Shown piece by piece: positions 19,205 through 28,563 of a DNA stretch of 64,000 nt. Position numbers and translations under genes: made by a program. Position 1 is the first letter of the stretch. Each line of letters opens with the position of its first letter. The DNA is from Giardia intestinalis (Eukaryota), in assembly GCA_000002435.2 (NCBI GenBank), contig CM018789.1; one strand, written 5' to 3'. The notes beneath the pieces are model-generated. The model did no database searches. It had not been told where the DNA came from and saw only the letters and a program-made list of their open reading frames with translations.

Positions 19205-19759
19205 CTAAAAACTGTCTGAGTCATCGGGGTCCCTATGACCAAAAATGGAGGTACTCTGCCGTTCTCTGCTAACATAATTGATGATCCCAGTCTTTGCTAG
19301 AGCCACTTGCAACAATTCGGCACTCGGTTTATCGCCTCCAAACTCGTCAAATCCGAGAAACTTCTTCTTAAGGATGCCTTTGTCAAAGACACAAAGGGTG
19401 GGGAGGGTCTTTATCTTCAGTTTATTGACGAAAAATCCCGCTCCTAGGGCATTAATCTTGATAAATCGGACCTTAAGGTGTATTGACGCCACATTTTCTA
19501 GAATGTCATTCAGAACTTTGCATGTATTAAACTCAGGGTGGAAGAAGTGACACACTACAACCTCAGACTGTTTGATACTGTCCAGAAACACAGCCTCCTC
19601 GACTTCCAGGAGCTTCCCATGATTATGCTCCAGAACCTCCTTTTGCAGGTTAAACTCATTCTGCAACTCTTCTCTGCGCTTCATTATGTACACATCTAAA
19701 CTATTATCGATAGCTAGGTCATCATCTGAGCTACTGAACGAGGGAGTAGAGGACGCCAT
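19205..19759 (-). CDS. Thioredoxin domain-containing protein 9 / phosducin-like protein 3 (PhLP3)
   Basis: EVVVCHFFHPEFNTCKVLNDIL, IKTLPTLCVFDKGILKKKFLGFDEFGG and the acidic tail DPDDSDSF match TXNDC9 (NVVCHFYRDSTFRCKILDRHL ... [26 protein letters not shown] ... DSDSDDD). ATG at 19759. Confidence 0.85.
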   Translation of the reverse strand: MASSTPSFSSSDDDLAIDNSLDVYIMKRREELQNEFNLQKEVLEHNHGKLLEVEEAVFLDSIKQSEVVVCHFFHPEFNTCKVLNDILENVASIHLKVRFIKINALGAGFFVNKLKIKTLPTLCVFDKGILKKKFLGFDEFGGDKPSAELLQVALAKTGIINYVSRERQSTSIFGHRDPDDSDSF

Positions 19760-19800
19760 GATTCAAATTTCAATAGTTCAAATTTCAAATTTATATGCAA
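19760..19800 (-). promoter_or_regulatory. AT-rich initiator region with tandem AAATTTGAA-like motifs upstream of the TXNDC9-like gene
   Basis: Minus-strand sequence TTGCATATAAATTTGAAATTTGAACTATTGAAATTTGAATCATG, with three copies of AAATTTGAA(A/C) within 40 bp of the ATG. Confidence 0.45.
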
Positions 19801-20543
19801 CCTTGTTCTTTTATGCAGTTGTTCCTTCCACGGTTTAGTTACGACTTCTTACTGTCCGGCTTCTAATCTATAGTTTAAAATTTGAACTCTGGACTGGTAA
19901 GTCTCGGGATTCATGTCCTGCTGGACTTACTATGCGCTGGCCATCTATATCTTTATACAGAGAGTGCATCCATTGACTCCTTTCTCTGTCTCGGGCGTTG
20001 CTGTGTAACTGCAGGCTAGACATCTTTGCCCTGTGGACGTTCAGAAATCTACAATGCCTAGTCACGGAGTTTTTTCCAAGGGTGTCTACCTCTGCCTCTA
20101 GGCTTGCTCTATCAGCAGTTATTGTGCTTACCTATAGCTATGGTCAGCATACTACCTCCATTTCAATGGTTCTCTCCTAACAATCCGATAACTCAGTCAT
20201 TAACCTAATCTGCTCTTCTACGGTAGATAAGCCTTTGTACCACCTATGACTAACTATTGCTAGTTCTGTCTTACATACTATATAGGATGCACGTAACTAC
20301 ATGCAGTTAGGTTCCTTGCATTTACCATTAGCAGTCAACCGCGAGCGCTCTGTACTAGCTGTCGTCTCCACATTGCACTTTGCTTAGTCAAAGTGCATGC
20401 TCTAGCTAAGATGAGGTCGATTTCTTCGCAGAAAACACAGCAAAGGCTGATAGGACAACGAGCAGAGTACACGAGCTGTCGCCAGTGACTGTCTGAGGCG
20501 CTTCTACCGGCAGGACTATAGACTCATGATATTCAGTGGCTCC

Positions 20544-20550
20544 GTTTACT
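20544..20550 (-). promoter_or_regulatory. Polyadenylation signal AGTAAAC of the HCMP gene
   Basis: Minus-strand sequence TGACCCAGTAAACGG directly follows the TGA stop. Confidence 0.55.
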
Positions 20551-20553
20551 GGG

Positions 20554-23052
20554 TCATATCAGGGACTGGCGGTAGTCGTAGGACTCGCCCCGCATGAGCG
20601 ATGTGTACTTCGCCCCGCGCTTGGGCCGGCCGCCCCTCCTGAAGACGAACCACCAGACGAGGAAGCCGGCGACGGCCAGGACGAGGAGGACGACGATGAC
20701 GATGGCGGCGATTGCTCCCCCGCCGAGCCCGCCCCGCCGGTAGTAGCCGGGGTCGAGGCAGTTGACGCTCCCGCCGCCCTTGTCGGTCAGCTCGCAGGTC
20801 GTGCACCCCGCGAGGCCCACCCAGCCGTCCATGCCCCCGGTGTCGCTGCAGCCCATGCACGCCGTGTGGTAGACGTCCGGGGAGATGGGGACGGCGTTCT
20901 CCGCGCAGCTCTCGCACTTGAGCCCCGTCGCGCAGACCCGGCAGTTCGCGATGTCGCACGGCTGGCACTCCCCGAGGTCCTCGTCGGGGTACGTCGAGCC
21001 GCCGCAGCTGGCGCAGTCCTTCGTGCACGCCGCCGTCCGCGGGCAGAGGTACGCGCCGGCCGTGCAGTGCTCGCATCTATTGGGGTCGTCGGCCACGCAC
21101 AGAGCGCACAGCTCCACGGTGCATGTGGGCGGGGGCGCCTCGCAGACGGTCTTGCCCTGGTCCGTCTCCTTGAGATACCCGTCCTTGCACTTCTGGCAGA
21201 CGACGTTCTTGGCTCCCCCGTCCCCCACGGTGCTGCGGCAGACGATGCAGTGCTGGACGCCTACATAACCGTTTCCATCGGAGTCACACTTCACGCACTG
21301 CCCAGGCTGCCCTCTTCTCTCAGTCGCGATGTAGTATCCGAAGAGACACGTCGTGCAACCCGTGCTGCTGCCGTCATTACACGTTGAGCACCCGGCGGCG
21401 CACGGCCTGCACGCCCCCGTCGAGGAGTCGCTGCCGGACACCTCGAGGTAGTACCCGTCTGCGCACCGGGAGCACGAGGTCCCGTCTACACAGGAGAGGC
21501 AGTTCTCCGCGCAGCGCGCACAGGCCCCGCTGGCGTTGTAGTAGCCCGGGCCCAGCGCCAGGCAGCTCCCGAAGCACTTCGTCTTGTCCTCCTTCATGAT
21601 GAGAGGCTCGAAACAGGCGTCGCACGTCGTGGCAGAGTCCTTCAAGCACGCCTGGCAGCCCTGGACGGCACACCCTTCGGGCGTTGCGGGCGGGAGGGCC
21701 CGGGGGCACGCGCCATCCTCGCCGGGCTCCGTCGAGTCCGAACACCTGGTGCACACAACCTTGGCGGGGTCATCACTGGCGAGCGAGCAGCCCCCACAGT
21801 TGGCCACTCCCCCCACCGTGTCGTCCCAGCAGGCGAGGCACTTGGATGACTGGCCATCTGCAGTGATGGTTATCACACTCGAGGAGTCCGAGGACGCACA
21901 TGTAGTGCAGACCCCACCGACCACTGCGGAGCAGATCGACTTCCCGATGGGGTGGGTGATGTCGTAGCAGCCGCCGTAGAACAGGAAGAACTCGGGGGTA
22001 CCGTCTGCGGTCTGCTTGGTGCTGCAGGCCGTGCACGACCCGCCGCTGCACGTGTGTCCGTCGGTCCCGTCCGAGCTCTGGCCGATGCAGACGCCGTTCA
22101 GGGGGTAGTGGTCGGGCTGGGCGCACCTCTTGCAGAGCACCCGGCCGTTGACGTAGATCTGGTCCTCGGCCGCGCAGATGGCCTGGGCGAGGGGGCCGTC
22201 GACGGAGTAGCAGCTCCCGTAGAAGAGCATGAAGCCGGAGGAGCACGCGTCGCAGAGCCCGTTGCCCCGGGGGTCGGAGCACCCGGCGAGCGCGGCCAGG
22301 GCGGAATAGTTGGAGAGGCACCGGCCGTCGACGGGCACGTAGCCTATTTTGCACTGCGTGCAGAGGGTGGGCTTCGAATCTGCGCTCGTGAGCACGTTCA
22401 TCCGGCAGCGCTCGCAGAAGAGGGTCCCGTCCAGCCCGTAGCACGCGAGGCAGGAGGTGGCAGACGAGCTCGCACTGGGGTTCCTGAGGAACTTCGACCC
22501 GCAAGAGCCGCAGACAGAGCCAGTGGTGTCAGATTGATTAGGACACACAATGCTGCCGGGAGAACTATCAAACTTGTAGCACGACCCGTAGTGGAGGAAG
22601 TAGCCGTTGCCACATGTCGTGCACACGCCCTTACTGCATGTGTTCCCCGCAGCACTCCCAGCCGGCACGCACACCCCGTCGATCGGGACGTCGCCCTCGA
22701 TGGCGCATGCCCCGCAGTACATCCCCTCCTCGACGATGTGCTTCTCCTTGCATATGGCGTTGATCAGGGATGCCGTGCGGTAGCACCCGCCCCTGTAGAA
22801 GAGGAAGTCCCGGATGCAGCCCGAGCAGGAGCCCGGAGTGGGGTTGCTGCCCGTGGGCACTATGCATATGCTCCGCGAGAGGCTCAGCAGCCTGCAGTCT
22901 CCGTTGACGGGGACCCGCGCTCCGTCGCACTTGGAGCAGTACTTCTTGCCGCCGATCGTGACGTTGCAGACGCCGGTCGCACCCCCGCAGTCGCTGTCCT
23001 GGGTGCACTCTGAGAAAATACCGTGCAGAAGAAGAAGGATGAGAGCCCTCAT
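20554..23052 (-). CDS. High-cysteine membrane protein (HCMP; VSP-like but not CRGKA-tailed)
   Basis: Signal peptide MRALILLLLHGIFSEC. The 832-aa protein carries dozens of CxxC/CxC motifs (GGCY, CTxC, CxxCxxGY). It has a single C-terminal transmembrane segment, AIAAIVIVVLLVLAVAGFLVWWFVF. The cytoplasmic tail is longer and basic, RRGGRPKRGAKYTSLMRGESYDYRQSLI. The ATG at 23052 is preceded by ACATTAAAAACTTGTATCC. AGTAAAC lies 3 nt after the stop. Confidence 0.85.
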   Translation of the reverse strand: MRALILLLLHGIFSECTQDSDCGGATGVCNVTIGGKKYCSKCDGARVPVNGDCRLLSLSRSICIVPTGSNPTPGSCSGCIRDFLFYRGGCYRTASLINAICKEKHIVEEGMYCGACAIEGDVPIDGVCVPAGSAAGNTCSKGVCTTCGNGYFLHYGSCYKFDSSPGSIVCPNQSDTTGSVCGSCGSKFLRNPSASSSATSCLACYGLDGTLFCERCRMNVLTSADSKPTLCTQCKIGYVPVDGRCLSNYSALAALAGCSDPRGNGLCDACSSGFMLFYGSCYSVDGPLAQAICAAEDQIYVNGRVLCKRCAQPDHYPLNGVCIGQSSDGTDGHTCSGGSCTACSTKQTADGTPEFFLFYGGCYDITHPIGKSICSAVVGGVCTTCASSDSSSVITITADGQSSKCLACWDDTVGGVANCGGCSLASDDPAKVVCTRCSDSTEPGEDGACPRALPPATPEGCAVQGCQACLKDSATTCDACFEPLIMKEDKTKCFGSCLALGPGYYNASGACARCAENCLSCVDGTSCSRCADGYYLEVSGSDSSTGACRPCAAGCSTCNDGSSTGCTTCLFGYYIATERRGQPGQCVKCDSDGNGYVGVQHCIVCRSTVGDGGAKNVVCQKCKDGYLKETDQGKTVCEAPPPTCTVELCALCVADDPNRCEHCTAGAYLCPRTAACTKDCASCGGSTYPDEDLGECQPCDIANCRVCATGLKCESCAENAVPISPDVYHTACMGCSDTGGMDGWVGLAGCTTCELTDKGGGSVNCLDPGYYRRGGLGGGAIAAIVIVVLLVLAVAGFLVWWFVFRRGGRPKRGAKYTSLMRGESYDYRQSLI

Positions 23053-24982
23053 GTGAATCCCTGAGGATACAAGTTTTTAATGTGTCCGGATCAGCAAGGA
23101 TCCGCCACACTACCTCTGCTGTGGAGGCTCCCGGACGCCCAACCTCCGCATGGTCGAACGGCGGCCCCGGAGTCGGCACGGAGCAATCCTCGGAGGGCGA
23201 GTCGAGCCCTGTCCCTCGGGGCTGCACAGGTCCTGCCACTCCGTGTGCCGGTCTTTTGCAGAGGCCAGCCGAGCGGACCGAGTGGGCGGCGCCTGCACGC
23301 AACGGCCGGGCGGCGGGTCCGAGCCACCCGGTGCAGGGACCGCCCATGCTGCGCCGGCCTCCCACGGCTGCAGGCGTGGCTCGGCGCCTATGCTACGCAG
23401 TCGAGCACCCGATGCTTCGGCAGGCCGGGGAGCGCCATCGAGCGACGCGCTATTTTAAATCCACGGCCGAGCTGTCCACTGCTCTGCACATCAGGCATTG
23501 CCTCCGGGGGTTCCGGGCCAGAGCGGGTCTGTTGCAGTGGGAGGGGCAGCACTGAGCGCTCCGACGCACCCGTGCCAACTGATAGGGGCCGTCGGGGGAT
23601 CCAAAAGTGCATTACGTCCAGAGTGCAGATTGACGGGACAGCCGGGCCTGGTTCGTCTCCGTCTTCACACAAGAGCGGGGAGGTGGGTTTACTCGTGAGA
23701 CCCTTGGACCGCGGCTGCAGGGGGCTCAGTACTAGAGCGCTAGAAATAGCTGGCTGTCGAAGTAAATCGTCGCTTTCCGGGGATGACATCTTCCTCGACC
23801 AGGGCAGCAGAAGAGACCCTCAATGCATCTGCCGGTGTTGGGGTGCATCCTACCCGTCAGCGGCGCTTCATGGCTCCACCGGAAAGCCCGATCGTCCGCT
23901 TCTTGCTGTGCTCAGAGGACAGAGAACTAGGCAGGCGTAATCCCATCCGCCCACCGGAGGGCTATGAGTGCCCCCCTCGTCCCATCGAGCAGCACCAGGC
24001 GCAGAAGAGGTCTGCCGGAAATGCGCCAGATGCAGTCAACGCTTTTCTGGGTGTAGTGTTAACAGAATCACACGCTACGACGCGTCCCAGACAGGCTCCA
24101 CCTGGCAGCGGCGCCCCAGAGACGGGCCCCGGGGGACAAAGTATCTCCGGCTCTGCCCCTGCTCCAATGCGAGCGGCCCGCGGACAGAGCCAGGGACGGG
24201 GGCCAGTGCTCGGCCTGCTGCTGGTGCGGTAGCGCCGGGAGACCACCGGACCATCGACTCGGCCGCGGCAACCGGCGGAGCGCCCTGGGCTGCTGCTGTG
24301 TCCACACGCCTGGAGTGCACCGCAACAGCCCGGGATGGGTCCGCAGACAGGCGTGCCGCCCCAGCCGTCCCGGGGGCCGGCTCCTCGTGGCGGGCGGTCC
24401 TGCTCCCTTTGACTTTTCAAATGGAGAACGCAGTTATGGATCCTAGCCCTGCTGCAGAAGGTGCCTTATGAGACGCAGCACAGTCACACCAAGCAGTATT
24501 GGGGCTGAACACTCCTTGGGACGGGCTCCTGACGCATCTGAGAGACGCTCGTTGCTGTGCACTGCCTCTCGGGCCTTGGATGCATGTTGTGCAGAGCTGC
24601 AGGGGTCGCCCTTGCAGTTGTCGGTGGGCCGTTGATGGGGCCATTGAAAGCTCTGGACCGCTACTGGGCCGTGCTGTCCCAGTGCACGTGTGGCAGCTTT
24701 GGCTCGCACTGGATGGTCCGCAGAGATTGCAACGGAGCCACGAGGTGCACTAGTATGACATCCACATTGAGACAGTCGCAGTTCTATTCGGCTCAATCCA
24801 CCTCCTTCTGGCCCTGTGCCGAGATTGCAGATTGCAGAGTAGTGTTCGCGATAGACCCGGTGAGTGTTGATTCCATCAGCGCCTGTGGTCAACGTGTGTC
24901 CGAAGGATCAATCAACTGCATCAATCGACGTGGATTGACTGATGTACCGCGAGTATGTTCCTACCAATCTATCAATCGGGCA
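23053..24982. other. 1.9-kb GC-rich, gene-free spacer between the divergent HCMP and VSP genes
   Basis: The segment appears to be roughly 65-70% GC by inspection (not computed). It has only short, mutually overlapping ORFs in all six frames, with Arg/Pro/Ala/Gly-rich translations typical of non-coding GC-rich DNA. AT-rich initiators occur only at its two ends. Confidence 0.5.
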
Positions 24983-27181
24983 ATGTTTGGCAGTTTTGTT
25001 CTCGCGGGGGTACTCGTCCAGATTGCATGGGCAGAAAAAGTAGCAGAGCGCGCGGCTCAATGCGCAGATAACACTAATTGCGCAGCAGAAGCATGCAACG
25101 TTCTGATTGATGGTAAATTGTATTGCTCTAAATGCAAGACAGAGCTCGTTGGTCACGCTCCTGTCAACGGGGTATGCGCAGATGTGTCGTCAAGCAAGGA
25201 AATATGTAAAATAAACGCAGAAGGAAAATGTACTGAATGCGCTGGGCAATCCTTCATGTACAAAGGCGGCTGCTACCAAACGAGTCAAGCACCTGGCAGT
25301 AGCATGTGTCAAGCGGCAGATGCTGGTAAATGCACGACAGCTCCCGAATCGAAGGCTTACTTTGTAGTTCCAGAAGTAGATAGGAAGCCAACCGGACAGA
25401 CCGTTGTTTCGTGCGGAGACGCGACGGGCGTGACGCTTGCTGACAAGACGTACAAAGGCGTGGATGGGTGCACGAAGTGCGAGGCACCTGCGCCAGCCGA
25501 TGCCAGCGGGGCTAAGGCGGCGACGTGTACTGCGTGCCAGGCGGATAAGTATCTGAAGACAACTACGGACTCAGCCACCTCCTGCGTAACAGAAAAAGAG
25601 TGCACGGATGCCGCAGGCTTCTTCGTCGATACAACGGGCGGTAAAAAATGCAGCAAGTGCGATCCTGGTTGCAAGACCTGTAAGACCGAGGCTGCGAAGT
25701 GCACCTCTTGCAAGGACGACAAGCCGTACCTGAAGAAGGATGCCGGTGACACTGGCACGTGCGTCACTGAAGCTGATTGCAAGAATGGAAACACCCACTA
25801 CGCCGACGACACTGAGCCGAAGACGTGCAAGACGTGCGCCGAGGGGACCTCCGACGGGTGTGCGACGTGCGAGAAGAGCGCCGATGGAGCAGTCGCCTGC
25901 AAGACGTGCGGAAACCAGAAGAAGGTCCAGCCAAACAAGAAGGGGTGCATAGCAAAGTGCCCGGAGACGGTGAGTGCCGAGAAGGATGGCGTTTGTGAGT
26001 GCGTTGAGGGCTACGTTCCCGACAACGCGGGCACCGGGTGCACGAAGAAATCCGACCCCCAGTGCAACACCCCCGGCTGCAAGACGTGCAGTGAGCCGAA
26101 GACAAGCAAGGAGGTGTGCACAGAGTGCGAAGACGCTAAGGCCCTCACGCCCACGGGCCAGTGCATCGATAACTGCGGAGATCTGGGAGGCTACTACGCG
26201 GGCACCAACGAGGGGGGCAAGAAGGCCTGCAAGAAGTGCGAGGTCGAGAACTGCCTCCTGTGCAATGGGCAGGGACAGTGCGAGACCTGCAAGGACGGGT
26301 ACTACAAGAGCGGAGCCGCCTGTGCCAAGTGCGATACCTCGTGTAAGACGTGCGCGAACGGGAACTCCAACGGGTGCACGAGCTGCGAGTCTAGCAAGGC
26401 CCTCAGCTACGAAGGAGAGGGCACGGGGACGTGCAAACCAGGATGCGAGCCAAATGCTAACAACTGCGAGAAGTGCGAGCTGACAGTCGATGGCACGGCC
26501 TACTGCTCCAAGTGCAAGGACGCCAGCCAGTTCCCGCAGAACGGAGTCTGCTCGGCGGCGGCCGGAAAGGCTATTACGTGCACTACTCAAAGAGATGGTG
26601 TCTGCAACAAATGCGCCAACGGATTCCTTCGTATGAACGGGGGCTGCTATGAGACGACCAAGTTCCCCGGAAAGAGCGTCTGCAAAGAGGTACTGCAGAA
26701 TGGGGATACCTGTCAGACTCTGGCCGACGGATACAAGCTGGATAACGGTGCGCTCACCACTTGCTCGGCCGGATGTAAAACGTGCACTAGTAACACCGTG
26801 TGTACTGAATGCATGTATGGGTATGCAAAGACTAATAATGAGTGCAAAGTATGCACCACTGGCTGTGCTACGTGTGCAGGATCCACCTCAAATTGCGACA
26901 TTTGCAGCACTGGGTACTACAAATCTGGGAGTACCTGTGTGTCTTGCACAGCAAATACCGCTGATGGCACCATCACCGGCGTCGCCAACTGCGCCAACTG
27001 CGCTCCTCCACTTAACGATAAAGGGTCTGTCCTCTGCTACCTCGTACAGAGTGGCGAGAACACCAACAAGAGCGGTCTCAGCGCGGGCGCTATCGCGGGT
27101 ATCTCCGTCGCAGTCATCATTGTTGTCGGCGGTCTTGTTGGGTTCCTCTGCTGGTGGTTTATGTGCAGAGGCAAGGCGTAG
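24983..27181 (+). CDS. Variant-specific surface protein (VSP)
   Basis: Signal peptide MFGSFVLAGVLVQIAWA. The roughly 730-aa protein is saturated with CxxC motifs and GGCY/GYYK motifs. It has a C-terminal transmembrane segment, and the invariant VSP tail ...GFLCWWFMCRGKA ends at the stop. AGTAAAT lies 9 nt after the stop. The listed ORF start at 24557 is GTG and reflects only the absence of a stop in GC-rich upstream sequence. Confidence 0.9.
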   Translation: MFGSFVLAGVLVQIAWAEKVAERAAQCADNTNCAAEACNVLIDGKLYCSKCKTELVGHAPVNGVCADVSSSKEICKINAEGKCTECAGQSFMYKGGCYQTSQAPGSSMCQAADAGKCTTAPESKAYFVVPEVDRKPTGQTVVSCGDATGVTLADKTYKGVDGCTKCEAPAPADASGAKAATCTACQADKYLKTTTDSATSCVTEKECTDAAGFFVDTTGGKKCSKCDPGCKTCKTEAAKCTSCKDDKPYLKKDAGDTGTCVTEADCKNGNTHYADDTEPKTCKTCAEGTSDGCATCEKSADGAVACKTCGNQKKVQPNKKGCIAKCPETVSAEKDGVCECVEGYVPDNAGTGCTKKSDPQCNTPGCKTCSEPKTSKEVCTECEDAKALTPTGQCIDNCGDLGGYYAGTNEGGKKACKKCEVENCLLCNGQGQCETCKDGYYKSGAACAKCDTSCKTCANGNSNGCTSCESSKALSYEGEGTGTCKPGCEPNANNCEKCELTVDGTAYCSKCKDASQFPQNGVCSAAAGKAITCTTQRDGVCNKCANGFLRMNGGCYETTKFPGKSVCKEVLQNGDTCQTLADGYKLDNGALTTCSAGCKTCTSNTVCTECMYGYAKTNNECKVCTTGCATCAGSTSNCDICSTGYYKSGSTCVSCTANTADGTITGVANCANCAPPLNDKGSVLCYLVQSGENTNKSGLSAGAIAGISVAVIIVVGGLVGFLCWWFMCRGKA

Positions 27182-27189
27182 ACTTAGAT

Positions 27190-27196
27190 AGTAAAT
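27190..27196 (+). promoter_or_regulatory. Polyadenylation signal AGTAAAT of the VSP gene
   Basis: TAG ACTTAGAT AGTAAAT GCG. Confidence 0.55.
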
Positions 27197-27914
27197 GCGT
27201 CGACGAATTCTGTTTGTGGGTCTGACCTAGAGCCACACAGGCAAACTGTCCCAGTATGGTCTCTCTAACCGCAAAGTGAGTCAGTGTACGGGACCACCGT
27301 CCCTAAGAGAAGCAGGCCCTCTAAAGATGCCTTCCACCTGTTTTAGCTTTCAAGAAGAGCATGCGCTCCGACCACAGAGCTGCGATCCGAACATGATGCG
27401 GACGATAACTGTACCCAGTGCTAAATGAGTAGAAGGCCTGTTACAGTATGTTGCCGGGCCAGACATGGGCATCGTCCAGTAGCTAAATCGCTAAGTCTAA
27501 TGAAATATAGAATAAGGTACCTCTGAATATCTACAAGAAACGGCCTTCTTCGCCCTCAAGTCAAAGAACATGATATTCCACAAAGCATAACAAACTAAGT
27601 AAGAAAAGACTGTGTCTATAGCTTGGCTTCAAAGGTACTCTCAAGTCAATAAAAAGAACAGACACCGAGTAACACTTGACATACGAGCCCTGGTCAGACA
27701 TGGATGCCACCGAGAGATTCCAAAAATGCATTGGTATCGAAGTGCAAAACTGGCGGGAGAAACCCAAATCTGTGATCTCCCCGTACTTTTGAAAAGGCTA
27801 CAAAGGAAGGGGATTTACCTGTGCGACTTCTAAATCAGTTCTGTAGACAAAGGGCTCAGTAACCCACTACTAGAGCTAACCAGTGTATGGAGTGAACCTT
27901 TCTTAAAAATAAAA

Positions 27915-28520
27915 ATGAATCTTCCAGACCTAAAGGAGCTCCGGATCTTCGGGGTCTCAAATTGTAACTCAAGCATCTTAACAAGCAAGCAGTTTCCTTT
28001 GTATCTGGACCTAGGATACCACATGGGATTGATGACCGGGGCCCAAAGGGAATACATCGACACTCTCTGCGACCACGCTTCTGTGCAGCGTAAAAAGGTG
28101 AGAGATCTCCAGTGCACTCTGCGAAAAAAATGTGAGGGTGCCGCAAACATATCACACTCGTATACCTTGGAAAAGTGTTCGTCACTACGACTCAGCAATC
28201 TGCAAAACACACAACCTAATGTCCAATCAACTCCTGTCAAGCCATATCTTTCTTTTAAGTATAATAAGAATACAGAACTCCCCGTAATAATAGACTGTTT
28301 TGCTGACTCTGATGAAGATTTTTCAAGCCTTTTAGGAAAGATAGCAGAAAGAAGGTCTCTCAGTCCGTCAGCCATCAGAGAAGAATGGTTCTTCAAACGA
28401 TCTGTCTCTCCAGAGCGGCAGGATAAGCTCCCGAAACTCGGCTACACGAAGCTTCGAGAAAAGCTCTCTCCCCCCAAGTGCCATAGCACATCCATACCAT
28501 CTTTACCTCCCCTAGAATAG
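27915..28520 (+). CDS. Hypothetical protein (201 aa). The competing antisense ORF 27830..28396 is judged less likely.
   Basis: The ATG is preceded by TCTTAAAAATAAAAATG, a textbook Giardia initiator context. The antisense ORF starts with TTG and its first ATG lacks AT-rich context. Confidence 0.45.
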   Translation: MNLPDLKELRIFGVSNCNSSILTSKQFPLYLDLGYHMGLMTGAQREYIDTLCDHASVQRKKVRDLQCTLRKKCEGAANISHSYTLEKCSSLRLSNLQNTQPNVQSTPVKPYLSFKYNKNTELPVIIDCFADSDEDFSSLLGKIAERRSLSPSAIREEWFFKRSVSPERQDKLPKLGYTKLREKLSPPKCHSTSIPSLPPLE

Positions 28521-28563
28521 ATGTGATCTAAGCAGTTATTACAATCAACTTACAACGTCGCAT

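Noticed and set aside
21952-23013. 353-aa plus-strand ORF, and others (20536-21387, 20546-21076, 21773-22504), overlapping the HCMP gene
   Set aside because: They are Gly/Ala/Arg/Pro-rich artefacts of the GC-rich, Cys-codon-dense HCMP sequence. They overlap in several frames, which is typical of spurious ORFs.
24557-24982. 142-codon in-frame extension upstream of the VSP signal peptide
   Set aside because: It starts with GTG. Its translation is not signal-peptide-like. The canonical VSP signal peptide MFGSFVLAGVLVQIAWA begins at 24983.
25571-26590. 339-aa ORF antisense to the VSP gene, together with the Ala/Arg/Pro-rich ORFs 25764-26105 and 25974-26483
   Set aside because: The translations are Ala/Leu/Arg/Gly-rich low complexity. 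This is what the reverse complement of Cys/Thr/Gly/Lys-rich VSP codons produces. There is no AT-rich initiator and the ORF lies entirely inside a strongly supported gene.
27830-28396. 188-aa minus-strand ORF overlapping hypothetical gene 27915-28520
   Set aside because: It starts with TTG and its first ATG lacks AT-rich context. The plus-strand partner has an ideal AAAAATAAAAATG start. Both remain unverified.
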